Below are positions 9,001 through 14,135 of a stretch of DNA of 20,537 bases, piece after piece. The notes beneath the pieces were generated by a model that saw only the letters and a program-made list of their open reading frames with translations, had not been told where the DNA came from and did not search any database. Position numbers and translations under genes: made by a program. Each line of letters begins with the position of its first letter. The first letter of the stretch is position 1. Source of the stretch: an uncultured archaeon (lineage in GTDB: Archaea > Altiarchaeota > Altiarchaeia > IMC4 > SCGC-AAA252-I15); the NCBI GenBank assembly GCA_964587725.1, contig CAZPLO010000006.1:1-20537 (forward strand). Direction: 5' to 3'.

Positions 9001-11845
9001 ATACGATGAGTCGGGGATGAGCGACTGGGGCGGCAACCGCACATTCACAGTGGATTCGACAGCGCCCACTGTGGCGTTGGAGTCCCCCGGCGACGACACC
9101 CTCGAACAGTCCACCCACACCGTCGACTTCGAATACAACGTGTCCGACATCACATCGGATGTTGTTAACTGCAGCCTCATACTCAACGGCGCAGTCAACG
9201 AAACAGACGGACCCATCTCGGAAGACCTAACGCAGACGTTCACGAAGACGCTGGTGAACGGCCAATACAACTGGAGCATAAACTGCAGCGACACCCTCGG
9301 AAACAAGGGCAACGGCAGCGTATACAATCTGACCGTGGACGTCACCGCCCCCACCGTAACGTTGGAGGAGCCGGTGGACGGACACAACACCACCACACAG
9401 ACCATACAGTTCAACTGCAGCGCCACAGACGACACCGGCCTCGTGAACATCACACTCTACGGAAACTGGAGCAGCTGGCACGCGAATGAAACCACAGACA
9501 TTTCAGGCACGGAGAACAGCAGCGAATACGCGAAGACGCTGCCCGACGGCATGTACCTGTGGACCTGCGAAGCATACGACGAATCCGGGATGAGCGATAC
9601 CGCAGGCAACCGGACCGTTAAAGTTGATTCGACGACGCCGACCGTGAACTTGATGACTCCGGCGGACGACTCAACAGAAGAGAGCACTAGGACTGTGTCT
9701 TTCACATACAATGTGTCCGATGCCGGATCTGATGTGGTGAACTGCAGTCTCATCATCGACGACACATTGAACGCCACCAACACCACCGTCACAGAGAATG
9801 CGGAGCAGACGTTCACCGCCTTCTTGCAGAACGGAGTCTACAACTGGAGTGTGCGCTGCTTCGACTCCATGGGACACCAAGGCAACGGCAGCATATGGAG
9901 TCTGAACGTGTCCGTGGACGGGCCGGAGGTGACGTTGAACACGCCCGCAGACAACGCCACCGTCACCGAAGGCAACGTGCAGTTCACCTGCTCTGCCACA
10001 GACGACAGCGAACTCACCAACCTCACATTATACGGGAACTGGAGCGGGTGGAGTGCGAAGGAGACGAGGAGTATTTCAGGTAACAGCGATTCCGAAACGA
10101 TAACAGCGTCGTTGAGTGAGGGCCCCTACGTGTGGAACTGCCTAGCCTGTGACGCGGAGGGACTGTGCATCTGGGGGGACGACAACAGGACACTGTATGT
10201 GGATGAGGCTGCCGAGGAAGGAGGCGGCGGGAGACGGCAACCGTTCTATCTGGAGCTGGTGTGTCCGGAGACCGTGGAGGTCGGGGCAGTCAACGCCTTA
10301 ACGGTGAGGGTGCAGGCTGCCCGCGGGGAAGGCCGCAGGATATTCCGCGCCGACGTGTCAGCATACTACGACGACCGCGAAGTATACTACAACCTCACGG
10401 ACGTGCAGGGTAACGTCAACTTCACCGCCGACCGTGAAGGCAAGTACACGGTCACCGCCAACAAGAAAAGCTACCGCCGAGGCATATGCGTCATAGAGGC
10501 TGTGGTGAACATCAGCACCACAACCACGTCCACCAGCACAACAACGACGTCGACGGCTACGACAACAACCACCACGACGGTTACGACAACATCCACTTCC
10601 ACAACCAGTACCACCACGACCACAACGACCTCAACCACCACCACGTTGCCGCCGGCGACGCCAGGGGAGACGTTAACGTGGGTTGCTGCGGGAACAAGCG
10701 CGCTTATACTGTTCGCACTATTCGCTGCGGCAGCAAAGGATTACCGCAGAAAGAAGGAGGAAAAGAAGGGGTTGGTCGGGAAACCCCGGGCTTCGAAGAT
10801 AGGCGGCGCCGGCGTAGGCTCCGCAGTATCCGGATTAGGCGCGAAGGCGGGTGCGGGAGCCGGAGCCCTGGTTTCGGCTGTGCAGCCTAGGAAGGGGCTG
10901 GAGAAGGTGACGCCGCCGACCAAGGATTTGATGGACAGAATCGCCGGGGTGAAACGGATTCTGGCCGCCAAAACAGCAGCGTTCACGGAGTCTGTGAAGC
11001 CGAAGAAGAGCCTCAAGACGCTGACCACGCCGGTGCATGTGCTGGCGGACAAAATAGCTGCTTTGAAGATGCTGGTGGCGGCCAAGGCCAGAGAAACCGG
11101 CGAGAAACTGAAGCCGAAGAAGGGACTGGGTGAGGTTCAGAAGGCTCCAGAGAAAAAGTGGAAGGGTGTCACTGAGCAGAAGCCGACCCTCGGCGGACGG
11201 CAGCCTGAACCCGAAAAGCCGAGTCCAACGACAAAAACCCTTAGTGGAAAGGCCGCAGACGCATGGAATGGATTCAATGGTGGATTGGCTGCCGCGGCCG
11301 CCAAGCTGAAGCCGAGGAAGAAGCTTGCGGACACAGGGCCTAAGCCTGGTCTGAAGGACAAGGTCAAAGCATTCAGGGAAAAGCAGGAGAAGAAGGTCAA
11401 AGAAGCGGTTGAAACCGTGAAGCCTAAGAAAAAGCTGGGGGACGTTGTTCCGAAGCCGGGGCTGGGAGATAAACTGGAGGCTGTGAAGGAGAAGCCTAGG
11501 GAGAAGGTGCGTGAGGTGGCGGAGACAGTGAAACCCAGGAAGAACCTGGAGTCCGCCGTCCCATTGGGTAGGAGGGTGGAGGACGCGGTGGAGACGCTGA
11601 AGCACAGGGTGAAATATGCTGCGGGGAAGTCGATGCGGAAGCTGCGGCCGCGGAAACAGGGACTAGGCGACATCAAACTGAGGAGGGAGTTCGAGGAACG
11701 CATATCAGGCCGGAGAATAGAGCCGATAGAGGAGAGCAGAGGTTTGGAGGAAACGGAGCAGATGGACTTCGACGACGTGAAGAAGAAACTGGACGAACTC
11801 GCCAGAAGGGTTAAGAAAAAGAAGAGGGGATTGGAGGACATATGA
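2..11845 (+). CDS. Giant membrane-anchored surface glycoprotein/adhesin, at least 3947 aa, 5'-truncated by the window edge
   Basis: The frame is open from base 2 (ATYNWNITCWDNQDNTNTSEAWNFTVEAIPQVGLYTV...). This is the end of an internal repeat, so the TTG at 101 is not the start. The protein has repeated ~100-aa beta-sandwich units, a beta-helix, Gly-rich units, very many N-x-S/T sequons, a Thr-rich stalk, one hydrophobic helix and a basic tail. Stop TGA at 11843-11845. Confidence 0.93.
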   Translation, partial: ATYNWNITCWDNQDNTNTSEAWNFTVEAIPQVGLYTVYPTGDINATQYEFFNVTLNVSCIQGSCGTVNVSLDPSGTWCYQETANESDDDDGSCNLDYGGEYSFTAPGWTADDWPTAMYDGNWTSRTSADDGGMYVNYSKPSSATNESLWTVVNGDGMCMDVIAQNLSITDSCWLQEPLQLRVWMYGGAGTDYYCKNESDWYLLGNSTVTGNCAYYFHEEAMWWYVESSEKGLVNTSEGATPFYTNASSNPLTTTSLSAGGSKLITFWVNATGEEDTTHEFYAYTNLTSDLTIGNETTHWNVTIQSPDTQNPWGSHISPATATTTSATEITFIANASDDLNLQNMTLYVWNSSVEVYHTNSTDVSGTYNETNWTTTLTSDTYNWTVLVFDAAGKTNWTDETNWTLTVDSTEPSIILNSPNPGSSTTATTVLFNWTATDNIASTLTCNLSINDTINKSDIAATSGLAATTEVTDFEIGFYNWNVTCWDNQNNTNTSEAWNFSIVSGDTQNPWGSHLNPLSGTTTADTTILFQVNASDDSNLQNITIYVWNSTGEVYYTNTTNISGTSNQTNFTHTFTQDGTYNWTALIYDDTGKTNWTDETNWTLTVETGSNLTFCRELDIPDSVYYLLNNVSSSGTCFTIKANNVTLDCLGHWINYSSAGVAGYGVSVTSYNSSSIRDCRIVEGSSTPANKHAVYFDGAKEGVVFNNSIITSGESYGIYSTSTSKLNITKNTIATSSLGNSAFGIYYYGSTNSTIAENIVSTLVGNPIMLRSSSNFNVLSNNTFTSSGNASGNKQHGIRIFSTSNLNYLANNFVNVTNASGITLEDNSDGNTLTNNTIYVSGSSGVSMDGISLYVNTDSSTVSVNTITITNGRGIRLYSNCNSNNLTNNVIRASGSPSQGIYLSSNTGSNIFSGMDVDTNGTGNPVYLYDATHNLTIKDSILNHSRSGEFYVGSSVEGGEWNLTNVTQADGSGIDVNWTASGNGTLNMMWYLDVHVNDSSGSDLEDANVTVWNSSGTKMLSEQTTGDGRITTQQVIEYINNDGSRTYHTPLTLNVSKTGYQTYSNDTVNLTANLFFNIILEEEIPDTQNPWGSHISPATATTTSATEITFIANASDDLNLQNMTLYVWNSSVEVYHTNSTDVSSTYNETNWTTILTDGVYNWTVLVFDAAGKTNWTDETNWTLTVDSTEPSIILNSPLPGSSTTATTVLFNWTATDNIASTLTCNLSINGTINKTDIPATSGLAATTEADLTVATYNWNITCWDNLDNVNTSEAWNFTIALGTEGICDLGTYTTTCYLNHTHNYTDGDILSMNNLIIQEAGAIVNDTIALNDHGVGVWLNLSGDLTMWSGARISGGNITVTADGVNISSGASVNASRLGYNSSMGVGQGMDGSVDNGGGGAGYGGGGGEGESGRSGGDAYGSYLQPIDYGSGGGNGVYGKIGGTGGGVVRLNASTLTVNGVLSADGEHSTAGDRGAGGGGSGGSIWLSATTFAGSGTVTADGGNGGDGTNADGGGGAGGRIALYAGTYDYGGTITAYGGSGPGGGERAAAGTVYVKLDGEDYGDLTVDNNGVEANDYNIKGTRLHSGVHTFRNITVTNKGNLEIHNTSVELNLTGTNVIGDADTDSRITITGNATITPDYTIQGWTLAINNGSNIHNLQNLTVAADGILSHGMNEDTFSNYIDINLSELRVLSGGIVNVSGMGYARSYGLGDGTDGGYKIGSGGSGHGGFGGDGEGSSGGRSGGGTYGNYLRPSDLGSGGGSGDETYGYGGPGGGLAKINASVILVEGTICADGFTGYGGGGNYVGGGGSGGSIWLTADNITCSGTIKADGGNGEGGSGADAGGGSGGRIALYAGDYSFSGQATAYGGTAEKPATHGGAGTVYVKLDGEDYGDLTVDNNGVEANDYNIKGTRLHSGVHTFRNITVTNKGNLEIHNTSVELNLTGTNVIGDADTDSRITITGNATITPDYTIQGWTLAINNGSNIHNLQNLTVNTGGTLTHTPNLASHTVHLELNLTELRVMSGGTVNVSGMGYGRGEGEGAGTDGGYRIGSGGGAYGGYGGDGAGVSGGNGGGTPHGRYLEPGRLGSGGGSGDSVYGYGGCGGGLAKINASVILVEGSVTADGSVGYGGGGSYTGGGGSGGSIWLTADNITASGQITADGGSGEAGTSCDSGGGGGGRIVLKAVDLRLEDGISSVRGTASDSATPGTNGTVVLEFTDSIDVSAATFGSPVMLARNNTYGRIVYTNTNQTVDNTIAFQTAMNVTYNLVSVDSETHEDLNTTAQIWFYGIAGLTNPKIHRNGEECSGIICAWNDNTGPDYSFNVTQFTNYTITGDGDYLYGNHINPPLGTSTSATTITFTANATDNTNLQNMTLYVWNSTGEVYHTNSTNTANTFNETNWTTTLTSGTYNWSVLIYDTTGKSNWTDETNWTLTIDNIKPLIELNNPAPGNTTTATTVLFNWTPTDNLASMLTCNLSINGTTNKTDISVTSGLAATTEVTDFIVGTYNWNITCWDNTNNTNTSEAWNFSIVSGDTQNPWGSHLNPGLGTTTSATDITFIANASDDTNLQNMTLYVWNSTGQVYHTNSTEVSGTYNETNWTATLASGTYYWSALIYDTAGKSNWTDQSNWSLTVDSIEPVVELNSPTPGSNTTSTTILFNWTATDNIASSLTCNLSINGTINKSDIAATSGLAATTEADLIIGSYSWNVTCWDNQDNTNTSEAWNFTIGSGDILHPWGNHITPTADNVTSETDITFTVNASDDLALENITLYVWNSSGEVYYSSTSNIAGTGNESNWITTLAEDVYNWSAIIYDAEGNSNWTDESNWTLMVDATGPLVELNEPYPANTTSETTILFNWTATDNIASTLTCNLSIDGAVNKSDVTATSGLAATTEAGVFTSGTYYWNVSCWDSADNVNWSETWDFTVSVTGPTVTLEEPVDGHNTTTQTIQFNCSATDDTGLVNITLYGNWSSWHANETTDISGTENSSVWGKTVDDGIHMWSCLGYDESGMSDWGGNRTFTVDSTAPTVALESPGDDTLEQSTHTVDFEYNVSDITSDVVNCSLILNGAVNETDGPISEDLTQTFTKTLVNGQYNWSINCSDTLGNKGNGSVYNLTVDVTAPTVTLEEPVDGHNTTTQTIQFNCSATDDTGLVNITLYGNWSSWHANETTDISGTENSSEYAKTLPDGMYLWTCEAYDESGMSDTAGNRTVKVDSTTPTVNLMTPADDSTEESTRTVSFTYNVSDAGSDVVNCSLIIDDTLNATNTTVTENAEQTFTAFLQNGVYNWSVRCFDSMGHQGNGSIWSLNVSVDGPEVTLNTPADNATVTEGNVQFTCSATDDSELTNLTLYGNWSGWSAKETRSISGNSDSETITASLSEGPYVWNCLACDAEGLCIWGDDNRTLYVDEAAEEGGGGRRQPFYLELVCPETVEVGAVNALTVRVQAARGEGRRIFRADVSAYYDDREVYYNLTDVQGNVNFTADREGKYTVTANKKSYRRGICVIEAVVNISTTTTSTSTTTTSTATTTTTTTVTTTSTSTTSTTTTTTTSTTTTLPPATPGETLTWVAAGTSALILFALFAAAAKDYRRKKEEKKGLVGKPRASKIGGAGVGSAVSGLGAKAGAGAGALVSAVQPRKGLEKVTPPTKDLMDRIAGVKRILAAKTAAFTESVKPKKSLKTLTTPVHVLADKIAALKMLVAAKARETGEKLKPKKGLGEVQKAPEKKWKGVTEQKPTLGGRQPEPEKPSPTTKTLSGKAADAWNGFNGGLAAAAAKLKPRKKLADTGPKPGLKDKVKAFREKQEKKVKEAVETVKPKKKLGDVVPKPGLGDKLEAVKEKPREKVREVAETVKPRKNLESAVPLGRRVEDAVETLKHRVKYAAGKSMRKLRPRKQGLGDIKLRREFEERISGRRIEPIEESRGLEETEQMDFDDVKKKLDELARRVKKKKRGLEDI
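221..688 (+). other. Cys/Trp-rich passenger domain apparently inserted into a beta-sandwich domain of the giant protein
   Basis: WCYQETAN...DGNW...YVNYSKP...CW...LQLR...EEAMWW lies between ...NVSLDP (ends 220) and KGLVNTSEGATPFYTN (starts 689). It is visibly more T-rich than its flanks. Confidence 0.5.
920..1815 (+). repeat. Ig-like repeat block 1 (units A-B-A)
   Basis: A unit: DTQNPWGSH..P...ITF.ANASDD.NL.N.TLYVWNS...YNW...D..GK.NWTDETNWTLTV. B unit: D...P...LNSP...LFNWTATDN....LTCNLSIN...YNWN.TCWDN..N.NTSEAWNF. Boundaries approximate. Confidence 0.85.
929..1078 (+). repeat. 150-bp exact direct repeat, second copy at 3263..3412
   Basis: Read base by base at offset 2334. Near-identity continues for several hundred bases downstream in both copies. 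Confidence 0.85.
1830..2965 (+). other. Right-handed parallel beta-helix (NosD/CASH/pectin-lyase-like) domain in the giant protein
   Basis: Cap motif TCFTIKANNVTLDCLGH, then ~22-28-aa repeats such as GIYYYGSTNSTIAENIV, GITLEDNSDGNTLTNNTI and GIRLYSNCNSNNLTNNVI with Asn ladders. Boundaries approximate. Confidence 0.8.
3255..3840 (+). repeat. Ig-like repeat block 2 (units A-B)
   Basis: Same A and B consensus as block 1 and nearly identical in DNA to about 920..1500. Confidence 0.85.
4100..6630 (+). repeat. Three Gly-rich units with ~329-aa (987-bp) period
   Basis: Each unit reads VN.S..GY...G.G...GGG..GG.GG...YG.YL.P...GSGGG...GGG...NAS...V.G...ADG...GGGGSGGSIWL.A...ADGG.G...GGG.GGRI.L (first Gly run varies). 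Boundaries approximate. Confidence 0.85.
4652..4987 (+). repeat. 336-bp exact direct repeat, second copy at 5639..5974
   Basis: Read base by base at offset 987. Encodes an identical 112-aa segment TVYVKLDGEDYG...NLQNLTV, and the antisense ORFs 4726..4908 and 5713..5895 in the track are identical. Confidence 0.92.
7000..10205 (+). repeat. Ig-like repeat block 3: three A-B pairs followed by five more diverged units
   Basis: A/B consensus from about 7000 to 8770. After that, alternating P.VTL..P...QF.CSATDD..L.N.TLYGNWS.W and P.V.L..P.D...F.YNVSD..SDVVNCSLI...G.YNWS..C.D..G units. Confidence 0.85.
8783..8951 (+). repeat. 169-bp exact direct repeat, second copy at 9356..9524
   Basis: Read base by base at offset 573 (gtaacgttggaggagccg...gagaacagcagcg). 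Confidence 0.9.
10514..10645 (+). other. Thr/Ser-rich low-complexity stalk (probable O-glycosylated linker)
   Basis: STTTTSTSTTTTSTATTTTTTTVTTTSTSTTSTTTTTTTSTTTT lies just before the hydrophobic helix. Thr codons are mixed, so this is not a simple microsatellite. Confidence 0.85.
10673..11845 (+). other. Single TM anchor (10673..10735) followed by a 369-aa Lys-rich repetitive cytoplasmic tail
   Basis: LTWVAAGTSALILFALFAAAA is followed by KDYRRKKEEKK (positive-inside rule). The tail has seven [KQR]P[KR]K-x(1,2)-L motifs. Confidence 0.8.
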
Positions 11846-12108
11846 TAGACTCCAGACTATTGACTGCGGTGGGTTCCAAGGGTGCGGCGGAGATACTGGA
11901 GAGGCTGGTGGATGGGCCGCGCCGCCCAGGCGAACTCGCAGAGTCATCAGGTGTGTCGCAGCCGACGGCATACCTCCGGCTGAAGGAGTTACAGGATGCT
12001 GGCGTAATAGAGGCGTGCATAGTCGAGGAAGAAGGGAGAACACACAAGGGCTACCGGCTCACACCCCTGGGGAGGAAACTAGTGGAAACCATGGATAATT
12101 TAAGATAA
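11842..12108 (+). CDS. Winged helix-turn-helix transcriptional regulator (HxlR/ArsR-like), 88 aa
   Basis: ILERLVDGPRRPGELAESSGVSQPTAYLRLKELQDAGVIE...GYRLTPLGRKL. ATGA overlap with the giant gene stop and GGAGG upstream of the start. Confidence 0.88.
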   Translation: MIDSRLLTAVGSKGAAEILERLVDGPRRPGELAESSGVSQPTAYLRLKELQDAGVIEACIVEEEGRTHKGYRLTPLGRKLVETMDNLR

Positions 12109-12110
12109 AA
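12099..12110 (+). promoter_or_regulatory. Possible TATA-like element for the DUF1003 gene
   Basis: TTTAAGATAAAA begins 29 nt upstream of the ATG at 12128, in an AT-rich patch of otherwise GC-richer DNA. Confidence 0.3.
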
Positions 12111-12127
12111 CAAGGATAGTTTAAACA

Positions 12128-12826
12128 ATGCCCGTTAAACCACACAACACCTGCAGCATATGCGGGAAGGAACAGCCGCTGAAGAAGCTGACGGTAGGCG
12201 AACTGCTTAGGCCGAAACTGTTCAACTTCATCCGCAAACAAAAACCCGACTTCGCCCAAGACAACGTGATATGCACGGCCTGCCTGGACGCGAAACGCTC
12301 AGAATACATCATACACCTGCTCAAGGAAGACCGCAGGGAGATAACGCACCTTGAAAACGAGGTCGCTAAAAGCATCAGAGAAAACGAGACCCTTTCAGAT
12401 AACCTGCTGGAGGAATTCGAGGAGGAGCTGACCCTCGGCGACCAGCTCGCAGACAGGGTGGCGGAATTCGGCGGCAGCTGGAAGTTCGTCATAATATTTT
12501 TCGCATTCATCGCGGCGTGGGCGGCCATGAACCTGTACCTGCTCACCAAGGAGCCCTTCGACCCCTACCCCTTCATCCTGCTGAACCTCATCCTCTCATG
12601 CCTAGCGGCCATCCAGGCGCCAATCATCATGATGAGCCAGAACCGGCAGGAAGACCGCGACCGGCTGAGGGCGCAACACGACTACCAGGTGAACCTGAAG
12701 GCTGAGCTGGAGATACAGCACCTCAACGAGAAAATCGACCTGCTGCTGAAGCACCAGTGGCAGAACCTCATGCAGATACAGCAGATGCAGGTTGACATCC
12801 TCGAGGAAATCCGGGAAAAGAGGTAG
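12128..12826 (+). CDS. DUF1003-family membrane protein with an N-terminal CxxC...CxxC region, 232 aa
   Basis: Family motifs LADRVAEFGGSWKF, FDPYPFILLNLILSCLAAIQAPIIMMSQNRQ and DYQVNLKAELEI. CSIC and CTAC at the N-terminus. Confidence 0.9.
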   Translation: MPVKPHNTCSICGKEQPLKKLTVGELLRPKLFNFIRKQKPDFAQDNVICTACLDAKRSEYIIHLLKEDRREITHLENEVAKSIRENETLSDNLLEEFEEELTLGDQLADRVAEFGGSWKFVIIFFAFIAAWAAMNLYLLTKEPFDPYPFILLNLILSCLAAIQAPIIMMSQNRQEDRDRLRAQHDYQVNLKAELEIQHLNEKIDLLLKHQWQNLMQIQQMQVDILEEIREKR

Positions 12827-14098
12827 TCAGCATTCCTCCAACGCACACATGACGTTCAATACCGCCTGATCTTCCAATGGTTTACCCACCACATGCAGGC
12901 CCGTGGGCACGCCATCCACCCTCCCAGCCGGGACGCTCCCCGCCGGCAGACCCGCCAGGTTCGCCGGCGTCGTGTAGATGTCGTAGGCGTACATGATACG
13001 GGGGTCCGTGATTTCACCCCCCAGTTTATGGGGGAGCTTCGGCACAACCGGCCCCACCAGCACGTCCACGTCCTTGAGGGCTGCCTGCATCTCCCGCCGA
13101 ATCAGCGAACGGGCCTGCAACGCCTTACGGTAGTATCTGCCGCTGTACTCCCTCTGGCTAATGTACTGGCCAAGAAGTATCCTCCGCAGCACCTCCTCGC
13201 CGCATGCCTCTTCGATGCGGTGGCCGTAGCGGCGGCCGTCGTATTTACGGGTGGCGCTGAAAAACTCCACATACACGTTCAAGTAATACGTGGGCAAAGC
13301 CAGCTCCAGGTTCGGCAGGCTGACGTCCACTATTTCAGCGCCGGCCGAAGCCAGGCTATCCACCGCGGAGTGAACCACCTTGCCGATGCCCTTGTCTGCT
13401 ATGAGTTCGTCGAACTCCGCTGCGTACCCGAGCTTCACACCAGATACGTCTGGGTTCAGGTTCTTCTCAAAAACCCCCGCCTCCACATCCAACGAGGTGG
13501 CGTCACGGCGGTCATGGCCCGATATCACGTCCAGCAGCCGGGCGCATGTTTGAACACTACGGGCCAGGGGCCCAATCTGATCCAGACTCATCGCCATATC
13601 CAGCAGACCATAGCGTGAAACGAGGCCGTACGTGGGCTTATAGCCTACGACGCCGCAGTGCGATGCGGGGTTGCGGATGCTGCCGCCGGTGTCCGAACCC
13701 AATGCGCAGTCCACGAATCCTGCGGCAACCGCGGCTGCGGAGCCGCTTGATGACCCGCCAGGTATCCTGCCATCTGCGAAAGGGTTTTGCGTAAGCCCAT
13801 AGTATGAGGTTTCGCCTGATGCGCCGCACGCGAACTCGTCCATGTTCGCCATACCCACTATCCTGCCCCCAGCGGCCTTCACCTTCTCCACTACCGCCGC
13901 ATCATACGGGGCTATGTAGTTTTCAAGGGTTTTGGAGGCTGCGGACGTGAGCATGCCGTCTACGCAGATGTTGGATTTCACAGCCAATGTGAGGCCTGAC
14001 AGGGGACCCCTTTTGGAAGACTTTATCCTGCCGTCCTCGTCCAACGCGATGAATGCGTTAACCTCCTCGTCTTTATCGGCGATTTCGCCCGAATCCAT
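12827..14098 (-). CDS. gatA: Asp-tRNA(Asn)/Glu-tRNA(Gln) amidotransferase subunit A (amidase signature family), ~423 aa
   Basis: LAVKSNI (catalytic Lys), NMDEFACG, PGGSSSGSAAAVAAG, LGSDTGGSIRNPASHCG, KPTYGLVSRYGL, YDGRRYG, EVLRRILLG, MYAYDIYTTPANLAGLPAGSVP. Start placed at ATG 14098 (alternative 14122). The track's extension to 14545 overlaps the opposite-strand gene. Confidence 0.9.
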   Translation of the reverse strand: MDSGEIADKDEEVNAFIALDEDGRIKSSKRGPLSGLTLAVKSNICVDGMLTSAASKTLENYIAPYDAAVVEKVKAAGGRIVGMANMDEFACGASGETSYYGLTQNPFADGRIPGGSSSGSAAAVAAGFVDCALGSDTGGSIRNPASHCGVVGYKPTYGLVSRYGLLDMAMSLDQIGPLARSVQTCARLLDVISGHDRRDATSLDVEAGVFEKNLNPDVSGVKLGYAAEFDELIADKGIGKVVHSAVDSLASAGAEIVDVSLPNLELALPTYYLNVYVEFFSATRKYDGRRYGHRIEEACGEEVLRRILLGQYISQREYSGRYYRKALQARSLIRREMQAALKDVDVLVGPVVPKLPHKLGGEITDPRIMYAYDIYTTPANLAGLPAGSVPAGRVDGVPTGLHVVGKPLEDQAVLNVMCALEEC

Positions 14099-14104
14099 CC
14101 TGGG

Positions 14105-14128
14105 TATTTTATTCGCGCGCATTAAATA
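14105..14128. promoter_or_regulatory. Overlapping divergent promoter formed by a 24-bp imperfect palindrome
   Basis: TATTTTATTCGCGCGCATTAAATA, with 10 of 12 pairs complementary. The left arm is 23-31 nt before ATG 14136 (+). The right arm, read on the minus strand as TATTTAAT, is 23-30 nt before ATG 14098 (-). Confidence 0.6.
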
Positions 14129-14135
14129 ATAACTG

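Noticed and set aside
920-10205. CRISPR array or mobile-element repeats
   Set aside because: The repeats are long in-frame coding units without a short repeat/unique spacer pattern. No cas, transposase, integrase or terminal inverted repeats were seen.
634-11841. Many antisense and alternate-frame ORFs inside the giant gene (e.g. 8884..9453, 10835..11605, 11137..11841)
   Set aside because: These are shadows of biased codon usage and repeats. They duplicate along with the repeats and show no protein motifs.
2-11845. Identification as an S-layer protein or Altiarchaeal hamus subunit
   Set aside because: No recognisable S-layer domains, and the size and mosaic architecture fit an adhesin better. 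This cannot be fully excluded without a search.
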